This document shows positions 27,690 through 43,081 of a DNA stretch of 64,000 nt, in pieces. The stretch is from Eledone cirrhosa (taxonomy: Eukaryota), in NCBI GenBank assembly GCA_964016885.1, contig OZ024740.1:380990001-381054000 (forward strand), in the 5' to 3' direction. The notes under the pieces were generated by a model. It had not been told where the DNA came from and searched no databases. It worked only from the letters and a program-made list of their open reading frames with translations. The stretch's first letter is position 1. The number at the start of each line of letters is the position of its first letter. The position numbers and the translations under genes were made by a program.

Positions 27690-27990
27690 CATAAACAAGG
27701 AGGGATTCCATGGCAGGCGATGTTTTGATGGAGAGGACTACACATATGTGTCAGTGTAGTCCTGGGGCTGGGGGCACAACATCGGTATCGAGAAGAGGTG
27801 AAATGGGTTCGTAAGGAGTGCTTGAATGCAGGTGGCATAATAGCAGCCAGCTCTGAGCAGCAGCGGCCGCTGTGAAAAGGGCATCAAAAGAGGACAGGCG
27901 GTCTGCTAGTCAGAGGTTGCAATGTGTCTGTATGTGAGTTAATGCCAATGATAGTTCTTTGGATGCGGTCTAGGATACGGTATATGTTCG
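27690..27990 (-). mobile_element. CR1/L2-group LINE 3' remnant
   Basis: Minus-strand ILDRIQRTII...LQPLTSR...CSELAAIMPP resembles CR1-group ORF2 C-terminus. Confidence 0.5.
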
Positions 27991-29513
27991 AGTTCTCGGT
28001 GATCAGTGTTCAAATCTAATTGAAGTCAACTTTACTTAGCATTCGTTGGACATCGATATATCAATACGTCTCCAGTATCGAGGTCGATTTCTCTCCCCAC
28101 CTTTCACTCTCTCTTACACGTACACACACAGCCATATGTTTATTCCAGAAGAAATCAGCTAAACTCATGTCTGGAAGGGCATGGGTGTCCACAAGGTTTA
28201 AAGTGCCTAGGCCACGCCACACTATGTTCTCACGACTCCATTTGAAGGTATAAAGAAGAAGGGATACACATATTTTTCATAAGAAATTATCATTTGAATG
28301 TGATTTATCATTTGTAACGAGTTTGAAAATTACATATTTTTCATGCGTGGGATGGATGTATATATTTATAATGTCTGTGTTTATGTGATAATGCAAATAT
28401 TTAATTGATGTCAATAATATTTATGTTAATAATATTTTTGCATTTATACATGGATATATATATGAGTTTTTATGCGGTTCTAGTCTTTAGAAGATATGAC
28501 TTGCTAAGAATGTGTCGTGTCTCTTATAAGGGAGAAATACGGGCGTATTCCACTTTTATGAAGAAACTACTTTTGTAACCCATTTAACTAAACAATAGAC
28601 ACAGCAATAACTGAGAAAGACAAAATCTTTAAAACGTAGGAACTGAAAGTGATATGCAGGGGAAAGGTTCTGCCTCATAAATAGAAAACCAAGAATAATT
28701 TCTCAGACATATGAGCAGTGAGAAGTGAAGAGCTTTCGCTAATATAATCTTCTTTCTCATCCGGTGTCATTTTCTTGACAAAACAAAAGTTATATGTACA
28801 TAACACACAATTATTTATTCATATTGTACGTTTTTCAATGGATTCATTGTTATAGTCAGCTAATATTGTTGAGACTTGAAGTGAGACATTTATGTATTCA
28901 ATTGTGAAGTTTTATTTCTTCAGACAGGACAAGATATCTTTATATTAGCTACGTGTAGGATGTAACGGATTTCAAGTAGTTATTTTTCAATGAAGTCCTA
29001 TAAAATAATCCCACACCAATCAATCACAGGTAATATTCGCAGATCTCGCGTCTATCCTTACAGCAATATATCTGATGTGCATTGTGTTGTTTTTCGTAGG
29101 TGTCGGGAAGGAGGAAAAAACAAGAAACACCCCGGCCAGCACAAATTCCAGCTAGACCCCTCAAGTAAATCTGACCAGATGGTTTGAGTGTGTATCTACG
29201 GTCCTCCACCGCAAAATGAACAAAAACAAAAAATATATGAAATTACCTTCACTTTTCTGTTAAGCTGAATTAGGAAATGTAAACGGATGATGTCTTTAGA
29301 CTTACGTCCGATCCCAAAGCTCTCCCATCATAGAAATGTAAACATGCAATCTTCCTTATCTAAAATAGCCTTTTCCCCTGCTTGCACCTTCTTTATTTCC
29401 TCCTTGTCCAACGTTCCCCCATTCCTGCCCTTCTCGTTCGCGTCCTTTAAGTTACCTTCATTGGTTTTTCGTGTGTGTGTGTGTGTGTAAAGGCTCCTGG
29501 GGTAGTGTGTGTA

Positions 29514-29711
29514 CGAGGGTCGGCTGAATAGTTCCTAGACTGACTATGAAAGAGTGATGCTAAGGTGTGAAATTTTGCATGCATTAATTTCAACTCTTCT
29601 TATTAATAACTGCATTGTTTCTGTCCAGAGACTATGTTGAAAAATTAAACCTCATTTGTTCATTCCATGAGAGTATCTTGGTCAGCCTATAAATATTTCA
29701 GCCAACCCTCG
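29514..29711. mobile_element. Tc1/mariner MITE
   Basis: TA TSD; about 30-bp imperfect TIRs cgagggtcggctgaa.. / ..ttcagccaaccctcg. Confidence 0.85.
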
Positions 29712-29959
29712 TATATCTCCTTATAATATATAACCAGCAATTTCTCTGTCTGTCTGTCCGACGCGTAGAGAGAGAGTGAGAGTGAAAGAAAGAGACAGAC
29801 TACAAGAGGGGGGGGTAGCGGGAGGGAGAGAGAGGGACGCTGGAAGAAGGGAAGGAAAGCTATGTCTTGCTGTCTGCATTACGATACATATATACACACA
29901 CACACTGAGCGCGTCATAATGACGTAATGCAGACAGCCAGACATACAGACAGATATTAT

Positions 29960-30199
29960 AAGGGCGCAACGTTATATCTACGTATCTATCTAAAAAGAAA
30001 GACTAAGAATTATATAGAGAGAACGCTAAATCGCCTAATGCGGTCCCTAGGGCATTGAAAATTTGAAATAATCTTTGCTCAAAACACTCACAGGACCATA
30101 AGTATTACATGTCTAAAGTTTGAAAACAATCGGTTGGATGGTTCTCAAGTTTTAGTGAGCTGACAGACAGACATACATTCTCTGTTTTAGATATATAGA
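29960..30199 (-). mobile_element. 5' end of a non-autonomous Helitron
   Basis: Minus strand starts TCTATATATCTAAAA...GTCTGTCTGTC, like the Helitrons at 30235 and 58395; 3' end not identified. Confidence 0.6.
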
Positions 30200-30234
30200 C
30201 TAGCAGAAAACCGCCCCGAGTGGTTTTCTGCTAG

Positions 30235-31692
30235 TCTCTATATATATAAAACGGTAGATGTCTGTCTGTGTGTGTGTATGATTTTTATGCATTTCCACAT
30301 TTCTCTACCGATTTTGATGAATTTTTTCCAATGTGCTCCAAATTTAACAGGGGAGGTCAACGCGGAATAATTTTTGCAAAAGATTTCCTGCTTCTATGAG
30401 AAATAATCGATAAAACTAAATACATGCTGTAACCCTCTCTCTGACACGCTTCATTCCTCTCACTACTACCATCAAAATATATGTAACTACATACATGTTG
30501 CAACTCTCTTTAAAAGGTTCATCTTTTCCTCTACTCCACTCTCAATCTCCTCTGCAACTCTCTTTAAAAGGTTCATCACTCTCTCTACTCCCCCCTCAAT
30601 CTCCTCTGCAACTCTCTTTAAAAGGTTACTGCCTCCGTCTACTACCCTTTACAGTTTAGAACAACTACAAAACTTCTTTCGTAGGAACGCGACACAAACT
30701 TTGAAACCTAAGCAACAAACAGTCATAACGACACTCATACATCAAATATCAAAATTTAAAAAGCCGATAACACTAAATACATACTGCTCTCTCAACGTTA
30801 CATTTTGGATCAAATAACAAATATTCAAAAGCAACAGATGAAGTTATAAAACAACAAACGTAATTTAACAAACATAATTCAACAAACATAATTTAACTGC
30901 TTTACTCTCTCTGTCGCTCTTCACTCCCTATATGACAACACTGCAGAGAGGGAAACAATGTATATGATCAAATCGAGCGTTCCGTATATTCCCCCTCTCT
31001 GTAATTTAACTGCTTTACTCTCTCTGTCGCTCTTCACTCACTATATGACAACACTGCAGTGGAGCGTTCCGTATTGGCATACGGCTTATCTGGGTCATTT
31101 CAATCGGCTTATTGCAAATAACAACCCGCAAAATAACACTTCATATAACAGATTAATGCTATAGACATATGAATCGGAATGTGACCCGTGAACTTTTTCC
31201 TGGGCAAAATTATTCGAACAGACATGACCTCATTGCCAGAGTGTTCAGACTGAAACTGGCTAATCTCCCATGTCCAACTTTATGTTGCCTGATCCCGCGT
31301 AGGGAGCAGGAATGGACTTTTTGCTTATACTCCTCAAGGGATGACATGCAATATCGTCTACAAAGAGGTGCTATAGATGTTGGTGCAGGTGTTGGAGGTG
31401 TTGGAGCTATGCCGTCTGGAAAACTGGTAGGGTCACCCATAGCGGACAGATCTGACACCCAGCGGCATCAGGGCCACCATCTTGCAACTTTGGTCTACTA
31501 AATTCGCTATTGGAAAATTATTAACCCATCATTGATTGTCCAAAATGCTAATTGGTTTGTAACTATTAATAACCGGTTCAACTGCTTTATGCACTTAATT
31601 GATAAGCTTATGCGCTTTCAAGCTACGTTTACCTGTATGTAACTTTTCATAGCAAATGAACAAACCTGAGCAACGCCGGGCTAAACTGCTAG
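30235..31692 (+). mobile_element. Internally deleted Helitron with RepHel fragments
   Basis: 5' TC; 3' hairpin cctgagcaacgccggg + CTAG; Rep piece LFPGQNYSNRHDLIARVFRLKL next to PIF1-type helicase end SHVQLYVA*SRV...NIVYKEVL. Confidence 0.88.
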
Positions 31693-32254
<562 letters not shown>

Positions 32255-32802
32255 CTCACCCAACAAACATTAGGAAATAAGTGATTATATTCCCAATTAT
32301 GTGTTCGGGATGCTAACTAAAAGAATTGCGTGGAAAATTGGCTGTATTATTTCAAATGAGACATATGCGTGTGCGGAGTGGGTCTAGGGTCAGGCGTGGC
32401 TTTGTTGCTAAGAGTATGTGGTTTCAGTTCCCGCTGCGTAACACTTTAGGAAAGTGTGTTCTACTATAACCTCGCCTATCTATTGCTTTGTGAATGGAAC
32501 GTTCATGTGTGTATGTTTATCAGTGTGTTTACGTGTTGACCCTGATTAAAAAAAACAATGCCATTGGTGGAGATCGGCGGAATAAGTAACATTCTGAAAA
32601 ATAAGGATTTACTCAAGAATGTGATGTATCCGGCCGTAGGATTATATCACAAAGTCACGTCTAGCCAATTTTAGCATGGGAAGTAGCCATGAAAATAATA
32701 TTGTCGATGATTATGATTATGGTCACGGGAAAGAGGCGAGTTATGATTATTTGTATATATGGTGTGATTCCACACGTGTGTGTGTTTCTTTATATATACT
32801 CT

Positions 32803-32846
<44 letters not shown>

Positions 32847-32894
32847 TATAGATAGGTAAATATACACGGGTGTGTATGATTGTGTATAGAAGAT

Positions 32895-33399
<505 letters not shown>

Positions 33400-33779
33400 T
33401 GAGTGTGTGAGTGAGTGTGTGTGTGTGTGTGTGACTATAACAGCAACTCGACGATTATATAGTTAAGAAGTTTTAAAAAATACTATGTCGAAGTGTGTTC
33501 ATTTGTTATCAAATAGTTGTCATTCCTGTCCATGAACGTGAGATCAAATAATACTTAGAAGCAGCAGAGGTTTATTATGAGGTCAATGCGTACATTGTCA
33601 ATTAGGGTCAATTCAATCTTCTAAGCTCCTCTAAATATTTAATACATCTGGAATTCGTTGGCACCAGTACCACTCCCAGCACGCCACACGTAATTCGGTA
33701 ATAAGTCCTATCTACCTTAACTACAACACTATACAATAAAATTACCATTCGGATACTACATTTGATAAACATTTTCAAG

Positions 33780-34332
<553 letters not shown>

Positions 34333-35513
34333 GAATGCCACTTCTGAATATGAACATAGGCTTACAATCTTATCTACCAGAAATGTGCGTGCGTGTATGA
34401 ATGTGTGTGTGTGTGTGTGTGTACGAGCATGTAATCTTTATTTTCTAGCTTGCATATAAATATTTATGTTTGTGACATATCTTTCACAAGATAGGCATTA
34501 CAAATGTCTCTGGCGCCTAATATACTTACTACCCAACCATCCCAACTACACAAACAACATAAACTACACCAGCCCAGTATAGCTTTAACACAGCGATTAC
34601 AGATTACCTCCTAACATTATCTGAACAGCTGATAGATAAACACTGGAGCAGTTAATCGCGTTCATTGACTGTGTAGCTACGATCACGTCCAAAATAAAGC
34701 TATACGTTTGTGATTGTGCTTAAATATGATTATGAATTGATTCATTAGCTGAAGCTCGGTTTTGACACGGCCAAAGTATGGTAATTGTAGTAATTATCAA
34801 ATCTGGAGAAATGAAAGGCAAAGCCATTTATTGTTGGGAATTTCTTATTGTTATTAAGAAACCATCATGGTCATTCTGAAGTGAGCTCCTGTGTTGTTGT
34901 TATTTTGCCCATATCGGTAGATGGTCGGACACCATGCTTTGCAGCATAGAGTTACGGCCCTTTATGATCTTTGTTCAAATCCCGCCGAGGTTAACTTTGC
35001 CTTTCATCCTGACGGGGTTAATAAAATAAAGTACCAGTCACGTACTGGGGTCGATTTAATCGACTTTCCCTTTCCTCAAAATTGCTGGCCTTGTGCCTAT
35101 ATAAGAAACCATTATTTTGCCCCACAAGAATATTAACTGAGCAGGCATACGTATGACCCCAGAAAGCTCTAAACGTGACCATCCAAACTGTCTATATATT
35201 AGAGGTAACATTATCAAATAAAAGAAAAAGATGGCGCTGCTTTATTCTAGAATAAGCATCATTTATTTATACTTAATGAAATAACATCCTTGTGATGTGG
35301 CAGACTGAACGTCTAACGTAGCTGCTGAATTTCCCTCATTTGGTGGAAAAGCAAAGTTGATGGAATCAGCCCTAGTACTTGATTGGTACCTTATTTTATC
35401 GAGCCTGGAAGGATGGAGGGCAAAGTTGGCTTTAGCTGCAAACGGTCGTAACTAAACGCTATCAAGCATTTTGTCCGAAGACCTAACCAATCCACTCTCC
35501 CCCCCTCTCTCTC

Positions 35514-35576
<63 letters not shown>

Positions 35577-36278
35577 TCGTGTGTGGGTGTTTAAAGGATC
35601 CTGGGGGTTGTAAGCAGTGCATTGTATTCTTGAGAAAAACACTTTTTTTCACGTTGCTTTTGTCAAACTCAGCTGACAAAAATTAGTTATACCTGTAATT
35701 CAAAGGATCAGCCTTATCACACGCTGTATACGACGAATGTCCCTGAGAATTTCGTTAAAGATATACGTGTCTGTGGAATGCTCAGACACTTGCACATTAT
35801 ATTCACGAGTACGCTGATCCAGTGATCAAACAACTAGAATAGACGTCATTGGAACAGTCGGAGATCTAACAGCAGAATTGTGTGTATGAGAGAGAGATGG
35901 GGCGCAAATACATTTCTGTGCGCGCGCGCGCGCGTGTGTGTGTATGTGTGTGAGTGTGTGCCTCTTTATTTGGAAAAAAAAATTAATTATGCAATTATCT
36001 AAAAATTATTCATCTAAATAACTGTTAACCAGCGTAACTGAACAATAACATAACTAGTGCTAAATTGGTAATAAATAAATAAACAAATAAATAAATAAAT
36101 ACAAAGCGTTATCTTAAATACTACACTCTACAGAGTTTTACATTCCAGCTTATTTTGAAATATCTGCTATTTATGTTTTATATAATAGCGAAAGCTTTGT
36201 TGAAATGTTAAAATACATAAATACACAGCCATATATACATATGCATATATGAATTTATATACAATATATATATATATA

Positions 36279-36606
36279 CAGGGTGCGGACGGTATTTGAG
36301 GACAGATTTGTGGTTTTAAAAAACGCTTATATAATAACAGAAAAAAAGGGTATTCTTATAAAAATAACATAAACATAAAGCTAAATTATCAATTTAATAA
36401 TTTCATTCAATAAAACCACCATAAGCATCAATAACTGCCTCTACACGGGGTCGAAATCGTTTGCAAGCTCGGATTAAGTGGTCCTTGTTCATATCGGACA
36501 TCACTCGAATTATGGCGGCTTTCAAAGAATCTTTGGTGCTATGGGGGTGTTCATTGACACTTTTCTCAACGATGCTCCATACATAGTCCAGTGGATTGAG
36601 ATCTGA
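36279..36606 (-). mobile_element. Tc1/mariner-superfamily transposon 3' end
   Basis: Minus-strand SDLNPLDYVWSIVE...RACKRFRPRVEAVIDAYGGFIE*; terminus TA-CAGGGTG. Confidence 0.85.
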
Positions 36607-37309
36607 TTTGAATTCATAACATCTGATTATGATTTGAATTCATAGCATAAAGGACCGTAACTCTATGCTGCAATGCATGGTTTCCGACTCTCTACTGATA
36701 CTGCCAATCCACCACCCTTAAAGATTTATAAAATAATTGTTTCTACTTTTGGCACAAGGCCAGCAATTACCCAGTACATTACTGGTACTTTATTTTATCG
36801 ACCCCGTAAGGATGAAAGGCAAAGTTAACCTCGGCGGAATTTGAACTCAGATCATAAAGGGACGTAACTATGCTAGAAAGCATGGCGTCCAACCCTCTAC
36901 CTATACTGCCAATAAAATAATAAAACCAAAGCATGTATATATATATATATATATATATATAAATACATACATTTAACATTAAATGAGAATGAATGAGAGA
37001 TATGTCTTTTGTGACCTTTCTTTCCAGGAACCGCATACCACCAACGTAACGAAGTATCTTCTAAAACTAGACGATACCAAAATTGAGGCGAAATGGAATT
37101 CTGTTTCCATATAAGGAAATGATACTTATCTATTCTCGGCCACTTGTATTTCAACTCTTATTAATCTCCATCTCATCTTGAAAAATCATCAGCCTGCTTA
37201 CTTAAAACATTCCCTTGTAAGATAAATCTCCAGGCCTTACAATCAATACCACTTCCTTTTTAACCTTCATTTTTTTAATCACAGCTGACATTTTACGAGA
37301 ATTTCGAAG

Positions 37310-37392
37310 CAATAGTGGTAATAGTAGTAGTGGTTGTGGTGGTGTAGTAGTGATAGTGGCAGTGGTGGCAGCTGTAGTAGTAGTAGTAGTAA

Positions 37393-37473
<81 letters not shown>

Positions 37474-37540
37474 TAGTAGTAGTAGCAGCAGCAGCAGCAC
37501 CAGTAGTAGTAGTAGTAGTAGTAGTAATGGTGGTGGTTTC
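37310..37540. repeat. (AGT/AGC)n microsatellite
   Basis: Direct trinucleotide repeat. Confidence 0.95.
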
Positions 37541-37702
37541 TAGTAAGCAACTCAGTCATTGTGTCATTACAAATGAAGACTTCTATTTGTATAAGTGTGG
37601 TAAGAAAGGTCTATCAACATTGAGGGAGACAGGATTTTAATTCCCAGTTGAAAACGTTTTAAATTTATTTAATGAGAAGAGTTGTCATTATTTCTCCCAT
37701 AT

Positions 37703-39724
37703 GAGGCGCAAACTTGCGCAATCCCAACCAGGTCCATACACGACAACTTCCACCTAAGCGATACATCATAGAGAGGGTAGGGTGTAAACTTGGCTTCGGT
37801 GTGGCTCTGATCAATTTAGATCAATCGAAAGCATTCAATAGGTCGACCATCGGTACCTGGAGGCTGTCCTCAAGGCGGCTGGTTTCGGCCCCGTCTTCAG
37901 AAGCTGGATCGCTGCAATGCACAGCGGCACCTGCTCGGTGGTCAAAATTAATGGCCACCTCTCGGAATCGTTTCAGGTCTCCCGATCGGTCCGTCAAGGG
38001 TGCCCTCTCTCCTCCCTTCTGTACGTATTGACTCTCGAGTCTTTACTGTGGAAGCTGGAGCTGTTGCAGAACATCCCGCTCGAACCGAGACGCGGAAAGG
38101 CTGTGTCAGCTTATGTGGACGACATCACCGTGATGGTGTCGGACACCTCAGAAATCGAGGTGGTCGGCACCTTATTGAAGGAATATGAAAGGTTGACGGG
38201 AGCAAAACTTAACTCGGAAAAGTCGGTGGGCTTGCGACTCGGAACCTGGAGAGGCAAGCCCATGCCGTCCAACAGCGTCGTGGGGCGCTGGACGGACGGA
38301 CGGGTAAAGTTGCTCGGGGTTTGGTTCGGGCCAGACCTCCAGGTGGATAAGAATTGGGACGAGGTGACGGGCAGGGTAGCCAGTCTCACCCAGAAATGGG
38401 CTGGGAGGAAGCTATCACTGAAAGGTCAGGCGGAGGTGGCGAACGCGTACATCGCGTCCGTCATCTACTACCGTCTGACTGTCGTCCCTTGCCCCCGTTC
38501 GCGCCTCGCCATCTTTAAATTCTTGTGGAGGAGTCAGGTTCCGCTGGTGAGGCGGTCCATCTGCTGCCAGCACCCTCTATGTGGAGGGCTTGGCAACCGT
38601 GGCTAATGATGCGCAGAGACGCGCTGAGGCTGCGGCATCTCCAGATATTCTGCCTAAACGGTGAACAGGTGTGGTCGCCGTTTGTCAGAGGGGCCTTTCC
38701 GCAGCTCGTCTCTTTGACTCAGCTGCAGTCCTTGGTCAAGAAGAGACCGAGACTGGGTGACTGGCATCTGGAATGTTGCCAGACAATCACTGCCCTCTAC
38801 CCGGTGGGCAATGCGGTCAGTGGAACTTCCACTCTCGAGTTCTATAGAGGATTAGTGGTGGGTAACTGCGACGACGCACTCGGAGAGGCTCTGGTAGTCG
38901 ACGAAGTCGAACTAACCAGTCTGTTCCGGAGGACTTTCGAGCCGGGGACGATGGATAATTTCCAAAAATCCCTCGCTTGGCAGTGCTACCGGGGGGCACT
39001 GCCGGTTCGAGAAAAACTCTACAGGCACGGAAGTGCTGTCAGATGGACCTGCCCAAGATGCGCGCAGAGCGACGAAACCGTTCTGCACGCACTCGTCCAG
39101 TGTCCGTGCATTACTGACTTGTGAAGTTATGTCGAACAGCTGTTGTCGCGTGTAGAACGGATCCGGCTATAGGCCGAGTCCATAGTGAAGATCGACCCGC
39201 CGCCTTCCTTTGGCCAGGAAGGGCAGGCAATTTTCCTCTGTTTGGTGGCAGTAACGAAAGAGGTTGTATGGTGGACGAGGCTGAAAGGACTGCAGACAGA
39301 CATTTTTCTCTTCGGCCAATCCCTCATCAACTTTTTCAAGTTTTACTTGGAAAGGAAGGTGAGGGTCGAGAGAGAAGTGTTGCCCCCCCCCCCCAGTACA
39401 TTTGCTGAAAGGTGGGTGAATGTGGCGAGAATGGCTCGTGTGAGTGGGCCTACTCTGGTCATGCGCCTGTAGGAGGGTAAATTTGAGGAGGAGAGAGGTG
39501 CCCTTCCAGAGTGCTTTCGAAGCGTCGGGTCGTTCAGGATTGGTGGGGTACTTGAGCGAACCCTGGGTGGTCATCCCCCCTATTGGGGAATTTTTCTTGT
39601 TGTATTTTTCTTGTTACTTTGTTATTGTTATTCATATTGTTTACTCGATTTTTCTGTAAAACCCCACTGTTCCAGTATTTTGTATTGTCCCCTATATGTC
39701 GACCCTTGTGGCCAATAAATGAAA
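37703..39724 (+). mobile_element. 5'-truncated Tx1/L1-clade LINE with 18-bp TSD
   Basis: LDQSKAFNR, VRQGCPLS, AYVDD, KLLGVWFG, LSLKGQ, CPRC..ETVLHALVQC; AATAAA near end; TSD tcattatttctcccatat at 37685-37702 and 39725-39742. Confidence 0.92.
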
Positions 39725-39742
39725 TCATTATTTCTCCCATAT

Positions 39743-40420
39743 AAGGGCGGTGGATTTTCAGTATCGGTAGAACGTCGGACATGCTTTATAGCATAGAGTT
39801 ACGTCCCTTTATGATCTGAGTTCAAATCCCGCCGAGGTTAACTTTGCCTTTCATCCTTACAGGGTCGATAAAATAAAGCACCAGTAATGCACTGGGGTCG
39901 ATTTAATCGACTTTCCCCTCCTCCAAAATTACTGGTCTTGTGCCTATATAAGAAACCATTGTTTCTCTCATATAAGGGCGGTGGATTGGCAGTATCGGTA
40001 GAGCGTCGGACAACGTGCTTTATAGCATAGAGTTACGGCCCTTTACGATCTGAGTTTAAATCCTGTCGATGTTAGCTTTGGCGTTCATCCTTACAGGGTC
40101 GATAAAATAAAGTACCAGTAATGCACTGAGGTCGATTTAATCGACTTTCCCGTCCCCAAAACATTGTTGGCCTTATGCCTAAATCAGAAACCATTATTTC
40201 GCCCATATAGGGCAATTTATTGGTAGTTCGTCAGAGTGTCAGGCATAATGCTTTACAGTATTTGCTCCGGGTCTATACGTTCTATGTTCAAATCCTGCTG
40301 AGGTCAAATTTGCATTTCATCCCTCCCAGCTCAGCGAAAAATTAAGTACTGGGTTTGATATAATCAGTTCTCACCTCCTTTCCACATTGCAGGGTTTGTG
40401 CCTAAATTTTAAACAATTAT
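39743..40420 (+). mobile_element. Head-to-tail array of three SINEs
   Basis: Units start near 39745, 39975 and 40210, separated by variants of attatttctcccatata. Confidence 0.85.
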
Positions 40421-42934
40421 TTTGCACACGTAAATCTATGAAGTCATCGTGTGGATAGTGGTTGTTGCTATTGTTTAGCTGCAGGGCAACTGATTGAACA
40501 GACCTGTGATCAAAGCTGTTCCAGCCGTGATTATTCTGATTGTTTGCATATGTTCTAATGTATCTTTCATTGTTTAAGGTGGTAAGATACTGTTTTTAAT
40601 GAATTTAAGAGCTATTATTCGCAGGTGAAGTGTTCACACGTTATCACATTTTTATGTGGATTACTTTGTTGGTCATAGGATCAATTGTGCAAAAATCATA
40701 GTTAGTATTTTACTGCTACTTGTGAAGTGCAAAGGTGTCAACATATTATTTGATGAATTTATTATCATTTTGTCTTTTTAGCTGCCTAAAGTCCCTCAAA
40801 GCGTGAAAGCCAATACGTTGGAAAACGTATTTCCTAAGAATTTAGTTCACCATAACCGTTTTGTAGGTAACTCAAAAGTCCGCTCAGTCAAGTCTAACAT
40901 GGAACTAAATAATAATAACCAGTTCTCCGAGTCACAGTACGTTTGACAAAGTCGATTAGAATTTCTAGTTTGGAATTAAATAATTGTTTCTACATTTGGC
41001 ACAAGGCCAGCAATTACCCAGTGTATTACTGGTACTTTATTTTATCGACCCCGAAAGGATGAAAGACAAAGTTAACCTCGGCGGGATTTGAACTCAGAAT
41101 GGCAAGGACCGTAACTCTAAGCGTCAAAGCATGGCGTCCAACCCTCTACCGATACTGCCAATCCTGACTTCTAATTTAGGCACCAAGTCAATAATTTGTG
41201 TGGAACCAACCGATTCTGCCAATCCACTGTCTTGGTTTCAAGTTACGGTTTTACATTGTTACAAGGTGGCGAATTTGTAAAGGCTTTGAGTGACGGATAT
41301 TTGCTATGTAACATTTGTTTCTGCTCACTGCGCTCTTAGTTCCAGTTCCCCTGAGATCAAATGCTTTTAATCATTTCGGTGTTGATTAATAGAGTACCAC
41401 TCCAGAGCAACGGATTGGTGAAATTATTAGAGCGCCGGTCAAGATACCTTGCAGTATCTATTTCGGCTCTACGTTTTGAGTTCAAACATTTTTTTACTTC
41501 CTGACTTAAATAATATCAACCGAACCTTCGCTTGATACCTGTTTATATCGATTTGAAGTGGATCAGTGTGAGAATGTAATTGAGCTAGGGTTTAACGTCA
41601 TGACTAATGACTGGATATAGAACATTGACCTTTCGATTGGTAGAGCAGCACTTACATGATTAGATATCGGTTTCAAGAATGTGGCACAAGACATGGAACG
41701 TATTTAATTAGCTGATAATGCTTTAAAGAAAGTAGGAACATTTCGTTGAACTAAATTTGTTATGTGGATGAAATTTCCAGTTGAAACTGATAACTTTTCT
41801 TCCGCCGATAATGATCTCATGAAAATTTTAGACCACCCAACATCTAATTTTATCTCCGATATGAGATCGGACTACAAGCCGGATAGTCGCTGGTTCATTG
41901 CGATGTTCTATTCTGATGACTAAGGCACTTAACTCTCAGAAATCCAAGACAAGGAGGAACGACCCATCGTTGATTGCTATGGTAGCAGTTAATATTTGGC
42001 AAGTGCTTCACTAACTTGTGGACTTTTCACTCTATTTGAAATACCAACAACGCGTATATACTGTCTATCACATCTACACCTCTGTGGACAGCGAAAAAAG
42101 GAAACATATTTGATGTGTTTCTGGGCCACGTTGATGCATTTTCTGCTAGTATTTCTCTTATAATAGTTTCAGTATGTAGGGTGGTGTAAATACTTTTAAT
42201 GTATATATGAAGACGATGAATAATAGAATTGCAGCGATCTTTGCGTAGTAGATCTACTCCGACACATCGTTTAAAACCAACACCTGAAATGTTTTGCATC
42301 AAAGGTCCGCTCAGTCAAGGCTGACCACGGGATTAAATTACAACAACCAATTTCTCGAGTTATAGTACATTTGACATAGTCGACTGTAGTTCCTGATTTG
42401 GAGGGAAATAATTGTTTCTACTTTTGGCACAAGGCCAGCAATTAACCAGTGTATTATTGGTACTTTAATTTATCGGGAAATAATGGTTTCTAATTTAGGC
42501 AGAAGGCCAATAATTTGTGGGGAAGGGAAGGTCTATTCAATTGACCCAATACTTGCTATAAACTTTGGATGATAGACCTAATCCTGCCTCCATTTTAACA
42601 CCACCATTTGGCCCTTGGTCGCTTTTCGGATCAGATCTCCCGTCTATGGATACATTCTTCCTCTCCCCACCCTAATACATCTCTCGGACGCCCTGAAAGG
42701 ACTCATCGTCACTGTCTTTCCTCCCCTGGCTGATCATATATATATATATATATCATAAATTATATCCTTAGAATAATTAGATAAAATATATACCATTTCC
42801 TCTCCCAATTAGCATAATTAACCATATAAAAAATCAATTAGACCAGGCTATAAGAATAAAGGCTCCTATGAAGAAATTTTCGACAAATAACCGAAAGCGG
42901 CCTCTTCGCGGTGACCCCAAATCTTTATATATAT

Positions 42935-43053
<119 letters not shown>

Positions 43054-43081
43054 ACACACACACATATATATATAGAGAGAG

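Noticed and set aside
30497-30630. Short regularly spaced repeats resembling CRISPR (also 6800-6903)
   Set aside because: Simple ~50-bp tandem duplications without unique spacers, in eukaryotic TE context
41908-41955. Isolated CTGATGA (also at 5803 and several minus-strand hits)
   Set aside because: No compatible stems I-III
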